This document shows positions 10,833 through 19,723 of a stretch of DNA of 64,000 bases, piece after piece; within the stretch, counting starts at the first letter, position 1; each line of letters starts with the position of its first letter. Under the pieces are notes generated by a model that saw only the letters and a list, made by a program, of their open reading frames with translations, made no database searches and was not told where the DNA came from. The stretch comes from Vulcanimicrobiaceae bacterium (GTDB taxonomy: Bacteria > Verrucomicrobiota > Verrucomicrobiia > Limisphaerales > Palsa-1400), in the NCBI GenBank assembly GCA_035511075.1, contig DATKFW010000136.1:48539-112538 (forward strand), read 5' to 3'. The position numbers were made by a program, and so were the translations under genes.

Positions 10833-12305
10833 TCAGGCATCGGGCGGAACGTCCTCCGGGCCGACCTTGGCCGCGCTCTCGAATCGAGTATAACTCTTCA
10901 GGAACGTCAAATCGACGTCCCCGGTGGGACCGTTGCGTTGTTTGGCGATGAATAGCTTGACAGGAATGGCGTCCTGTTCCGATTCCCCGGGGTCTTCCTC
11001 CCCCTCTTTATTCTTGGACTCACGGTAAAGCAGACCAACCAGGTCGGCATCCTGCTCAATGGCCCCGGACTCGCGCAAATCCGAGAGGCGCGGGCGTTCA
11101 CCTGGGCCGCGTTTTTCCAATTCGCGGTTCAGTTGGCTGAGGACTATGATGGGCACATTTAATTCTTTGGCCAGAGCTTTGATGCCGCCGGAAATCTCCG
11201 AGATTTCCTGCTGGCGATTTTCCGCCCGGCGCGAAGTAGAATGGAGGAGTTGCAAGTAGTCAATGACAAACAATTTGATCCCGTACTGCTGCCACATCCG
11301 CCGCGCCTTGGCACGCAACTGCAAAATCGACAACCCCGCCGTGTCGTCGATGAACAGCGGCGCCGCGGCCATTTTGCCGGCGGCCCCGGTCAATTTCGGG
11401 AAATCCCTCTCCGCCAGAAACCCGTCGCGAATGTTGCGCAAATTGACCCGCGAACGGGAACACAACATGCGCAGAATCAACTGATCGGCCGTCATTTCCA
11501 GGCTGAATACCCCCACCGGCACCTTCAAATCCAGCGCCACGTGCTCGGCAATGTTCATGGCGAGGGATGTCTTTCCCACGGAAGGCCGCGCCGCCACCAC
11601 GATCATTTCCCCCTCGTGCATGCCGGTGGTCATTTTGTCGAAATCCACGAAGCCCGTGGCCACCCCGGTGAGCATCCCCTGGTTTTGATGAAATTCCTCG
11701 ATCTTGCTGATGGCACGGTTGACCAATTCCTTGATGCCCAAACTGGCGCCGGTGACACGGTCCTGGCTGATTTGGAGGATGTCCCGCTCCACCTCATCCA
11801 GCAGCGCATCCACCTCCCCTTCGTAGTCGAACACACGACCGACGATTTCCGTGCAGGTTTGGACCATTTTGCGCAGCAGGTATTTTTCCAGGACGATGTC
11901 CAGGTAATACTGCAAATTGGCCGCCGACGGCACGGCGTCCGAAAGGCTGGAGATATAACCCAGGCCGCCCACGCCGTCGATTTGCTGTTTGTTCTTAAGG
12001 CGCTGCTGGAGGGTGATCAGGTCGATGCCCTGTTTTTCGTCATACATCTCGCTCAACGTCTGAAAAAGCGTTTGGTGGCGCAGGTCGTAAAAGACCAGGC
12101 GGCCCGGCTTGAGCTTTTCGATGCATTCGCCCATGCAATCGTGGGGTGAGAGAAGCACGCACCCCAGCACCCCCTGTTCCGCCTCGATGGAGTTGGGGGG
12201 CAGGCGGTCGAGTTTGGGCATGTCGGCGGTGGCGGAAGTTTTCCGGCGGGATTTCTTTAAATCGGCCGGTGTTGTCCCTGTTTCGGGATTAACGGAATCA
12301 ATCAT
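10833..12305 (-). CDS. dnaB: Replicative DNA helicase DnaB
   Basis: 490 aa. N-terminal PPNSIEAEQGVLGCVLL motif, Walker A ARPSVGKTSLAMNIA, Walker B LFVIDYLQLL, and the C-terminal IAKQRNGPTG motif. Confidence 0.95.
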   Translation of the reverse strand: MIDSVNPETGTTPADLKKSRRKTSATADMPKLDRLPPNSIEAEQGVLGCVLLSPHDCMGECIEKLKPGRLVFYDLRHQTLFQTLSEMYDEKQGIDLITLQQRLKNKQQIDGVGGLGYISSLSDAVPSAANLQYYLDIVLEKYLLRKMVQTCTEIVGRVFDYEGEVDALLDEVERDILQISQDRVTGASLGIKELVNRAISKIEEFHQNQGMLTGVATGFVDFDKMTTGMHEGEMIVVAARPSVGKTSLAMNIAEHVALDLKVPVGVFSLEMTADQLILRMLCSRSRVNLRNIRDGFLAERDFPKLTGAAGKMAAAPLFIDDTAGLSILQLRAKARRMWQQYGIKLFVIDYLQLLHSTSRRAENRQQEISEISGGIKALAKELNVPIIVLSQLNRELEKRGPGERPRLSDLRESGAIEQDADLVGLLYRESKNKEGEEDPGESEQDAIPVKLFIAKQRNGPTGDVDLTFLKSYTRFESAAKVGPEDVPPDA

Positions 12306-12409
12306 GGTCGCACTAGGAGACTATCTTCCGCGCGGCTTGTCAGCATTTACTTGCGGACAATCAATTCGCACGTTAGTAACAATTAGAGCGTTGCTTCCCT
12401 GGGCGGGGT

Positions 12410-13243
12410 TTGAGAACCTGCGGGTCTAATTCATCTAATTTGAAAACGCCGATACTCCGATTTCTTCTCCTCGCGCTGCTGATCGCCGCCCGGCCGCCGG
12501 CGGCGCGCGCGGTCGAGCCGATTCATGCTCTCCTCATCATCGGCGGCTGCTGCCACGATTACGACGCGCAGAAAAAAATACTCACCGAGGGCATCAGCGC
12601 CCGCGCCAATGTCACCTGGGACATTCTTTACGAGGGTGGCAGCGTCAAGACCGGCGCCGGCAGGAACCATCGGATGAGCATTTATGAAAAGCCCGATTGG
12701 GCCAAAGGCTTCGATGTCGTCGTCCATGACGAATGTTTTGGCGACGTTTCCAACGCGGTATTCGTCGATCACATCGCGAAGGCGCATTTTGATGGCGTCC
12801 CTGCGGTCGTGATTCATTGTGCGATTCACAGCTACCGCCATTCCACCACGGACGAGTGGCGCAAACTGCTGGGCGTAAGCTCGTTTTACCACGATCCGGC
12901 GCGCGCCTTCGAGGTTCGCAACATCATGCCGGACCATCCTGTGATGAAGGGATTCCCCGAACTCTGGCAGGACCCCGCGCCGGATGAGTTGTATCGGATG
13001 GCCAAATTGTGGCCCAATTGCGTCCCGCTCGCCAAGACAATCGCCACCAACGCCACCCCAGACACCACTTGCATTTGGGTCAACACGTACGGCAAGGCCC
13101 GTGTGTTTGGCACAACGCTTGGCCACGCCAATAAGACCGTCAGCAGCGATACCTACCTGGATTTGGTCACGCGCGGCCTGCTCTGGGCATGCGACAAATT
13201 GGACGACGACGGGAAACCCAAGGCCGGATACGGGACGCAATGA
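12410..13243 (+). CDS. ThuA-like (trehalose-utilisation domain) protein, secreted
   Basis: 277 aa with an N-terminal signal-like hydrophobic segment. ThuA-type pattern: LIIGGCCHDY, FDVVVHDECF, VPAVVIHCAIHSY, KARVFGTTLGH and RGLLWA. Confidence 0.75.
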   Translation: MRTCGSNSSNLKTPILRFLLLALLIAARPPAARAVEPIHALLIIGGCCHDYDAQKKILTEGISARANVTWDILYEGGSVKTGAGRNHRMSIYEKPDWAKGFDVVVHDECFGDVSNAVFVDHIAKAHFDGVPAVVIHCAIHSYRHSTTDEWRKLLGVSSFYHDPARAFEVRNIMPDHPVMKGFPELWQDPAPDELYRMAKLWPNCVPLAKTIATNATPDTTCIWVNTYGKARVFGTTLGHANKTVSSDTYLDLVTRGLLWACDKLDDDGKPKAGYGTQ

Positions 13244-13253
13244 AGCGGTTACG

Positions 13254-14477
13254 CTACGTCATGATTCCCACGATGGCCGCGGAAACGAGGTTGGCCATAG
13301 TCCCCGCAAGCATGGCGCGGAATCCCAGTTTGGCCAAATCCCCCCTTCGGCCCGGCGCCAGCGCGCCGATGCCGCCAATCTGAATGCCGATCGAACTCAG
13401 ATTGGCAAAACCGCACAGTGCGTAAGTGGCAATCGTGAAGGATCGCGGGTCCAGTTGCGGCTTTATCGCGCCCAATTGCCCGTAGGCGATCAGTTCGTTG
13501 CCCACCATCCGAATGCCCAGCAGCGAGCCGATTTGGCTGGCGTCTTTCCACGGAATCCCGATCAGCCATGCCACGGGCGCAAAGAGCCAGCCCAGCACGC
13601 TCTCCAAACTTTTCGGAAACCAGCCCACATATCCATGCACCCAGCCCATGATGCCGTTGGTCAGGGCGATGAGCGCCAGAAACGCAATCAGCATGGCGGC
13701 CACGTTGATGGCCAGGTTCAAGCCGTCGCCGGTGCCCCGGGAAATGGCGCCCAGGAGATTGCCGCCTTTGGCTTCATCGACATGGGCCATTTCAACCCTC
13801 GTCCCGCTTGCCGGCACCTCCGTTTCCGGCACGAGCGTCTTGGCAATTAGCAGCGTTCCCGGCGCCGTCATGATGACCGCGCCCAAAAGATGCTTGGCCT
13901 CGACGCCTTTGCTGATGTAGGCGGCCATGATCCCGCCGCTGACATGCGCCATCCCCGCCGTCATCACAGTCATCAACTCCGAACGCGTCAAATCCGGGAG
14001 GAACGGACGGATTGTCAATGGCGCCTCCGTTTGTCCCATGAAAATGCTTGCCGCCACGTCGAGCGATTCCGCGCCGCTGACCCCCATCAAACGCGTCATC
14101 AACCAGGCCGCACCCTTGATGATGACCTGCATGATGCCGAAGTGATAGAGAACGGCAAAAAACGCCGCCATAAAGATAATGGTCGGCAGAACGTAGAAGG
14201 CGAACACCAATCCGGACGGGCCGCCTGGGTCGGCCAGCGTTCCGAAGACAAACGACGCCCCGACCTGGGCGTAGCTGAGCAATCGATTGACCGCCGCGCC
14301 GGCCGTTTCCATGATATTTTGCCCCCATTGAAATTTTAACACGACCAACGCAAACAGCAATTGGAGGGAGATTCCCCAGGCCACGATCTTCCACTTGACA
14401 GCGTTGCGGTTTGTCGAGAATGCCCAGCACGCGCCGAGGATGGCAAGAATTCCCAGGATGCCTGTGAACTGTTTCAT
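13254..14477 (-). CDS. nupC: NupC/CNT-family nucleoside transporter
   Basis: I moved the start to the ATG at 14477 (MKQFTGILGILAILGA...). The 154 upstream codons of the tracked ORF are Arg/Pro-rich and overlap deoA. The rest is a polytopic membrane protein with CNT-type motifs (GTLADPGGPSGLVFAF, IFMGQTEAPL). The ATGA start/stop overlap with deoA implies translational coupling. Confidence 0.9.
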   Translation of the reverse strand: MKQFTGILGILAILGACWAFSTNRNAVKWKIVAWGISLQLLFALVVLKFQWGQNIMETAGAAVNRLLSYAQVGASFVFGTLADPGGPSGLVFAFYVLPTIIFMAAFFAVLYHFGIMQVIIKGAAWLMTRLMGVSGAESLDVAASIFMGQTEAPLTIRPFLPDLTRSELMTVMTAGMAHVSGGIMAAYISKGVEAKHLLGAVIMTAPGTLLIAKTLVPETEVPASGTRVEMAHVDEAKGGNLLGAISRGTGDGLNLAINVAAMLIAFLALIALTNGIMGWVHGYVGWFPKSLESVLGWLFAPVAWLIGIPWKDASQIGSLLGIRMVGNELIAYGQLGAIKPQLDPRSFTIATYALCGFANLSSIGIQIGGIGALAPGRRGDLAKLGFRAMLAGTMANLVSAAIVGIMT

Positions 14478-15787
14478 GGGCAGATTACTTTTTTTACCAG
14501 AACGCGCTGGCCGGCTGGCGGTTTGGGGCCGATCACGTAGGCTTCCGTCAACCGGCGCCAGGCATCGGGCAGGCGTGCGGGATCGTTGTAATGAACCGTG
14601 GCGATCGGCTCGCCGACTTGCACCGCGTCGCCGGCCTTTTTGTGCAGTTCCAGCCCGGCGCTGTGATCGATCACGTCGTCGTGTTTGTTGCGGCCGCCGC
14701 CCAGAACCAGGCTGGCCAGGCCCACTTGCTCGCAATGGATGCGCTCGATGAAACCGTCCAACTGCGCAGGGAACGGGGCGGTGAACTTCGCCGCCGGCAA
14801 TCGCGGCGGGTCTTCGGCGCCCTGTCGCCGGCAGATGTCCCGGAATTTGGCCAGCGCGTGGCCGTCTGCAAGAAGTTCCCCGGCAAGCTTTCTTCCGTTT
14901 TCCACGCCGGCAACGCGGCCGCCCAGGTGAAACATCCACGCCGAAAGTTCAATCGAAAGTTCGCGAAGGTCCTCGCTCATGGGATGCCGCTGGCCGCCAA
15001 GAATCTCCAGGCATTCGAGCACCTCAAGGCTGTTGCCCACCGCGCGTCCCAAAGGTTGGTCCATGTCCGTGATCAGCGCCGCCATTTTCTTGCCCATGCG
15101 CTGGCCGGTCTGGACCATCATTTCGGCAAGATGTTCGGCGTCCGTCTGCTGTTTCATAAAAGCGCCGGAGCCGGTTTTGACATCGAGCACCAGCGCCTCG
15201 ATGCCCTCGGCGAGTTTCTTGCTCATAATGCTGGCGCAAATCAGCGCGGGGCTTTCCACTGTGCCGGTGACGTCGCGCAGGGCGTACATCTTCTTGTCAG
15301 CCGGAACGATTTCCGCCGTCTGGCCGATGAGCGCGCACCCGGCCTGCTGAAGAAGTTCCACGAATTGGTGCAGTGAAAGATTGACGTTGAAACCGGCCAG
15401 GGCCTCCAATTTGTCGAGCGTTCCGCCCGTGTGGCCCAGGCCGCGCCCGCTGATCATCGGCACCTTCAATCCCCCGGCCGCCACGACGGGCGCCAGTATG
15501 AGCGAGGTCTTGTCGCCCACTCCGCCTGTCGAGTGTTTGTCCACCTTGACGCCCGGAACCTCTGTCAAGTCCAGGACGCGCCCGGAGCGCATCATCGCGT
15601 CGGTCAATGCGGCCGTTTCCGCGTCGGACATCCCGCGCAGGAACACTGCCATCAGCCAGGCCGACATTTGGTAATCGGGCATGTCGCCGCCCGTGAATGC
15701 CTCGACCAGGAACGAAATCTCGGCCGGCGAATGTTCGCCGCCGTCGCGCTTCTTGCGGACCAAATCAAGCGGTCGCATCCGGGTCAT
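14474..15787 (-). CDS. deoA: Thymidine / pyrimidine-nucleoside phosphorylase
   Basis: I moved the start to MTRMRPLDLVRKKRDGGEHSPAEI (ATG at 15787). Motifs seen: KHSTGGVGDKTSL, SGRGLGHTGGTLDKLE and DVKTGSGAFM. Confidence 0.9.
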   Translation of the reverse strand: MTRMRPLDLVRKKRDGGEHSPAEISFLVEAFTGGDMPDYQMSAWLMAVFLRGMSDAETAALTDAMMRSGRVLDLTEVPGVKVDKHSTGGVGDKTSLILAPVVAAGGLKVPMISGRGLGHTGGTLDKLEALAGFNVNLSLHQFVELLQQAGCALIGQTAEIVPADKKMYALRDVTGTVESPALICASIMSKKLAEGIEALVLDVKTGSGAFMKQQTDAEHLAEMMVQTGQRMGKKMAALITDMDQPLGRAVGNSLEVLECLEILGGQRHPMSEDLRELSIELSAWMFHLGGRVAGVENGRKLAGELLADGHALAKFRDICRRQGAEDPPRLPAAKFTAPFPAQLDGFIERIHCEQVGLASLVLGGGRNKHDDVIDHSAGLELHKKAGDAVQVGEPIATVHYNDPARLPDAWRRLTEAYVIGPKPPAGQRVLVKKVICP

Positions 15788-16190
15788 TTGGACACAAAGT
15801 GAAGCCGTCCACCAGCAATTCCTGCATGGTTCTTTGCGCGAATCCGCCGGCGGCCGGATACCACACAACGGCGCGCGGACCGAATTCCGCCAGGACCTGC
15901 CGGCACGCGCCGCAGGGCGAACAAGGCATGCCGCGATGATTGACAACGGCCGCGGCAACGATCTCCGGCTTTTTGGAACTGTTGGCGACCGCGCAAAAGA
16001 TCGCGTTGCGCTCCGCGCAGATGGTCAGGCCGTAGGAGGCGTTTTCGACGTTGCAACCGGAGAAAACCCGGCCGTCACCCAGCAGGACGGCGGCCCCGAC
16101 GCGGAACTTGGAATAGGGCGCGTAGGCATGTTTCATCGCCGCGCGAGCCAGGCGGATGAGTCGTTGGCGGTCTTGGGCCGAAACCTTCAT
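15765..16190 (-). CDS. cdd: Cytidine deaminase
   Basis: 141 aa with zinc-binding motifs CAERNAI and PCSPCGACRQVL and an N-terminal AYAPYSKFRVGAA. It is the first gene of cdd-deoA-nupC. Confidence 0.9.
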   Translation of the reverse strand: MKVSAQDRQRLIRLARAAMKHAYAPYSKFRVGAAVLLGDGRVFSGCNVENASYGLTICAERNAIFCAVANSSKKPEIVAAAVVNHRGMPCSPCGACRQVLAEFGPRAVVWYPAAGGFAQRTMQELLVDGFTLCPNDPDATA

Positions 16191-16271
16191 TTCCCGGCCA
16201 GCATAACAGACGGCTGTCGATAAAAAAGGACTTTACAATCGCGCCCGGCAGGACAGACTAATGATGTCTTT

Positions 16272-16391
16272 ATGACCGATACCGATTTGAATTTTTGGGG
16301 ATTGATTGCAGTGCCGGTTGGCGTGTCGATTTGTTTTGGCGTGGCGCTTTTGGTCTGGCTGCGCGACGAAATCCGCGCCCCGAAGGAATAG
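16272..16391 (+). CDS. Possible 39-aa single-pass membrane peptide
   Basis: My own translation, below the ORF-track cutoff: MTDTDLNFWGLIAVPVGVSICFGVALLVWLRDEIRAPKE. It has one clear hydrophobic helix. There is no other support. Confidence 0.2.
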   Translation: MTDTDLNFWGLIAVPVGVSICFGVALLVWLRDEIRAPKE

Positions 16392-16611
16392 TCTGAATAA
16401 GACTCGGCAAGCCCGGCGCAACCCTGCGACGGCGCCAGCCGCCCCGCCGCAAGTGTCAGTGTCCATCGTTTCTATCGCGCCCAATTTTCACCCTAAAGCC
16501 TGACGTTGGATCCGGGCGTAGGTCATAACTCTCATCCGTGGGATGGCATCGACGGCGGTCTGCGGCGTGCCGACAGAAATTGACAGGCCCCGCTTTTCCG
16601 CTGGACATGGC

Positions 16612-16628
16612 GTTCCCAAAATGGGAAC
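16612..16628. promoter_or_regulatory. Candidate HigA operator palindrome upstream of higB
   Basis: Perfect inverted repeat GTTCCC-aaaat-GGGAAC, 36 nt upstream of the higB ATG. A TTGACA hexamer lies at 16580..16585. Confidence 0.35.
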
Positions 16629-16663
16629 ATATCAGTGAAGCTGGGGCGTTCCTCGGCCGGAAT

Positions 16664-16957
16664 ATGCGAGTCATATCGAGAAGGCCTATCACTGAATTGG
16701 CCAGGCGATATCCCGAGGCAAAAACGGAGTTGGATGCCTGGTTTCATGAGGCCGAGGCCGCGCGTTGGGCGAATCCGGCCCAAGTCAAAGAGAAATACGG
16801 GAACGCCAGCATTTTGAAAGGCAGCCGCGTGGTGTTTAACATTTGTGGCAACAAATATCGGCTGGTGGCTAAAATAAACTACTTCTACGCGGTGGTGTAT
16901 GTGAGGTTTGCCGGGACCCACAAGGAATACGATCGCGTGAACGCGGAGGAAATCTGA
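16664..16957 (+). CDS. higB: Type II toxin HigB (mRNA interferase family)
   Basis: I moved the start to MRVISRRPITELARRYPEAK (ATG at 16664), giving 97 aa. It shows the typical HigB-toxin pattern (W..NPAQVKEKYGNASILKGSRVVFNICGNKYRLVAKINY...VYVRFAGTHKEYD). Its stop overlaps the higA start. Confidence 0.85.
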   Translation: MRVISRRPITELARRYPEAKTELDAWFHEAEAARWANPAQVKEKYGNASILKGSRVVFNICGNKYRLVAKINYFYAVVYVRFAGTHKEYDRVNAEEI

Positions 16958-17322
16958 TGAAAACGAAAGTGATCAAAACGAAGTCTGAATATGCCGCGGC
17001 GCTGGCGCGGGCTGAAAAGCTCATGGATGGCAGGCCGAATTCCCCGGAAGGAGACGAGTTGGAGCTTCTGGCCTTGTTGATTCACGATTATGAGGAAAGA
17101 GTATTCCCCATCGCCAAGCCGGATCCAGTGGCGGCAATCCGTTTCCGAATGGCGCAGCAGGGCCTTACGAACAAGGATTTGGCGCCGTTTCTGGGAAGTC
17201 GGAGCCGCGTTTCAGAGGTTCTCTCCGGGCGTCGAAATCTCAGCCTTAAGATGATTCGCGCCCTGGTCAGTGGTTTGCGCATTCCAGCCGACGTCCTGCT
17301 GGGCGAAATACAAAATGTTTGA
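16957..17322 (+). CDS. higA: Type II antitoxin HigA (XRE-type HTH)
   Basis: 121 aa with an N-terminal IKTKSEYAAALARAEKLMD segment and a C-terminal HTH (LTNKDLAPFLGSRSRVSEVLSGRRNLSLKMIRAL). Confidence 0.85.
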   Translation: MKTKVIKTKSEYAAALARAEKLMDGRPNSPEGDELELLALLIHDYEERVFPIAKPDPVAAIRFRMAQQGLTNKDLAPFLGSRSRVSEVLSGRRNLSLKMIRALVSGLRIPADVLLGEIQNV

Positions 17323-17503
17323 CACGCTCCGGTTTTACGCTTAACCTTAATTGTGAAAACCCTCCGTGCGCTCTGGCCATGTCCGGCTTTTATATTCCTG
17401 ACAGTGGCAGCGCAACCTCAACCAAGGCCGCCGGTAAACTCCTTCCGTTGGTCTATGAGGAGTTGCGCAAGCCACATGGTATTAGCGCCGCGAAAAATAT
17501 CCG

Positions 17504-17534
17504 TTGACCCTCACGTTACGTGATACCCGAGAGT
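17504..17534 (+). promoter_or_regulatory. Candidate MerR-type promoter/operator
   Basis: TTGACC (17504..17509) is followed directly by the perfect dyad TCACGT-t-ACGTGA (17511..17523). With a 19-nt spacer the -10 position reads GAGAGT. This lies 47 nt upstream of the MerR-family gene. A dyad between -35 and -10 with a long spacer is the classic MerR layout. Confidence 0.3.
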
Positions 17535-17580
17535 GCAAAGCAGCCGCGGTGGCCATGGTGGCTTCCGCGGCGAAAAAGCG

Positions 17581-18573
17581 ATGGCTTATACAGTCAAACA
17601 AGTGGCCGCGATGTCGGGCGTCAGTGTGCGCACGCTTCATTTCTACCATGAAACGGGCCTGCTGAAGCCCGCCCGTTTCGGGGCGAATGGCTATAGGTTC
17701 TATGAAGAACCACAGCTCTTGACTCTCCAGCAAATCCTGTTTTACCGGGAGCTGGGGTTCGAGCTGAAGCAAATCAAACAAATCCTGGGCCGGGCCGATT
17801 TCGAAAAAGTCGCCGCCCTCCAATCGCATCGGAAGGTTTTGCAAAAGAACCTCTCCCGGACGCGCAAGTTGATTGAAACCATCGACAAAACTATCCAGCA
17901 CTTGAAAGGAAACAGGAAAATGAAAAGTAAAGAGATGTTTGTGGGTTTCAGCGTGGCCGCCGGGGACGACCGTTTTGGCGAGCAGACCAAACTCGGCGAC
18001 GGACCAATTGATTGCAAAGTGTCTGCACAGGACACAGACGGCGCGATGTGTGTTTTCGAGTCCACTGGCCGAAGCGGCTGGCCGCGCGATCTCCACTACG
18101 AACAGGATGAGTGGATCTATGTCATTGACGGTGAGTTTGATTTTCAGATTGGAGACAGTGTCGAGGCCATCGATAAAACCGCGATCCAGGGTGAGCAACA
18201 CCAAGCAGGACGACTGGCGCCAACTCCTTCCTTTCCCCCACTGCCTGAATTGCAGAGGAGATGGAAAACATGGAACGAAACGCACAAGCCATTTCGCGTG
18301 CGCCCCGGCGAGTCCGTTTTCCTGCCGCGCAAGGTTGCCCATGTGTGGGCCCGCGTGAGCGAGCAGCCCGGCAAAATCATTAATGTGTATCAACCTGCAG
18401 GCCAGATGGAGGAATTCTTCCGCCAGGCGCCTAAGTGGAAGGGCCTGCCATCGCGTGAGGATGTGGTCAACAGCACTTACACGGCGGAACAGATTGACGC
18501 CCTTCGCCGGTTATTTAGCACCCACGGGATGCGTGTTCTAGGCCCGCCGCTCATTGTTGGAATGAATATCTAG
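17581..18573 (+). CDS. MerR-family transcriptional regulator fused to a C-terminal cupin domain
   Basis: I moved the start to MAYTVKQVAAMSGVSVRTLHFYHETGLLKP, the MerR HTH. A coiled-coil dimerisation helix follows, then a cupin-like part (EWIYVIDGEFDFQIGD ... FRVRPGESVFLPRKVAHVW). Confidence 0.75.
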   Translation: MAYTVKQVAAMSGVSVRTLHFYHETGLLKPARFGANGYRFYEEPQLLTLQQILFYRELGFELKQIKQILGRADFEKVAALQSHRKVLQKNLSRTRKLIETIDKTIQHLKGNRKMKSKEMFVGFSVAAGDDRFGEQTKLGDGPIDCKVSAQDTDGAMCVFESTGRSGWPRDLHYEQDEWIYVIDGEFDFQIGDSVEAIDKTAIQGEQHQAGRLAPTPSFPPLPELQRRWKTWNETHKPFRVRPGESVFLPRKVAHVWARVSEQPGKIINVYQPAGQMEEFFRQAPKWKGLPSREDVVNSTYTAEQIDALRRLFSTHGMRVLGPPLIVGMNI

Positions 18574-18734
18574 CCCGCCAAGCCCGCGCGGTCTGACAAG
18601 CCATTGCACGGAAAGGGAGACACAAAATATTAAGTGATCGAAAAGCGCTGGATTTTTATGTTGAATAAACGAACCGGCGGTCGCATATCAGCAACTAACT
18701 GCCAACATTCACAGCAGATGCACAGGTCACTTGT

Positions 18735-19501
18735 ATGAACTCCCTTGCCCGTAAAGTCGCTCTGGTTACTGGCGTCACCCGCCGCCAGGGGATTGGTGCC
18801 GCTGTCGCATTGGCACGGCGCAGGGGGGTACGGATGTCTTTACGTCGTACTATCGTCCCTATGACCGGAGCATGCCATGGGGTGTGGAGGACACAGAACC
18901 CGAACATATCCTGGACGCGTTGCGCCAGACAGGAGTACGCGCCGATGGCGTCGAAATCGACCTGGCGCACCCGGAGGGACCACGCACCCTCTTCACCCAG
19001 GCGCAGGAGCGGTTTGGTCGCATCGACATTCTCGTAAATAACGCAGCCTACTCGACGGCAACACGGGTGGAGCAGATGACCGCGGCCGATCTCGATCACC
19101 ATTATGCCGTCAACCTGCGCGCCGTCCTGCTCTTGAGCCTGGAGTTCATCAAGGGCTTTACCCACGGCGGTGCTGGGCGTATCATCAACCTCACCTCTGG
19201 GCAAGGGCTGGCGGCACTGCCCGACGAACTGGCCTACGCTGCGACGAAGGGCGGCGTCGATGCGTTGACGCTGAGCTTGAGCGCTGCCGTGGCAGGGCGC
19301 GGGATGACCGTGAACGCACTGGATCCCGGCCCAACAGAGACGGGATGGATGCGGGCGGAGGAGCGGTCGGCGCTGCTCGCGACAGCGCCCATGGGTCGCC
19401 TGGGGACACCGCAGGATGCCGCACGTGTGGTGGCCTTCCTGGCATCAGAGGCGGCAGGGTGGGTCACCGGCCAAGTGATTCGGGCGCGGGGGAGCAGTTG
19501 A
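18735..19501 (+). pseudogene. Short-chain dehydrogenase/reductase (SDR) interrupted by a frameshift in a G6 tract
   Basis: The N-terminal Rossmann motif KVALVTGVTRRQGIGAAVALA is in frame 3 (ORF 18735..). The rest (GTDVFTSYYRPYDRSMPWG..., NNAAYS, YAATKGGVDALT, PGPTETGWM) is in frame 2 (ORF ..19501). The frames join at GGGGGG, 18823..18828, and one extra G would restore a continuous SDR. Confidence 0.8.
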
Positions 19502-19723
19502 CCCGCAAGGTGGAGCGAACGGGAGGCTGCCGATTTTCCGACCTTTGCTTCCGCTTCTCCTTCGTTGGTGAGCAGATATGAAGAAAATGAAAAGCCACTT
19601 GCTCGGATCAAGAAATTTGGTATGAATAAGGCACCTCAGAGTGGCCGGTTTTGATTCGACCCCTGGCGGCTGGTTTCCATATATGAATCAGCCATTGTGT
19701 AAAAGCTTAGGCGCCAACACACT

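Noticed and set aside
8805-10955. 716-aa plus-strand ORF covering the whole bamA region
   Set aside because: It is antisense to a strongly supported bamA. The composition is Gly/Arg/Asp/Val-rich with no motifs, which is the typical mirror ORF of GC-rich coding DNA.
11241-12149. 302-aa plus-strand ORF opposite dnaB. Similar long antisense ORFs lie at 12431..13240, 14591..15376, 17482..18393, 28954..30186, 39682..40674, 40797..41675, 42861..43673, 46703..47533, 48875..49579 and 52571..53260.
   Set aside because: All lie opposite genes with clear family motifs, and none has motifs of its own. This is expected from the stop-codon paucity of GC-rich sequence.
14478-14939. N-terminal 154-codon extension of the nupC ORF
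   Set aside because: It is Arg/Pro/Gly-rich, overlaps the deoA coding region in another frame, and the transporter's hydrophobic N-terminus begins at the internal Met at 14477.
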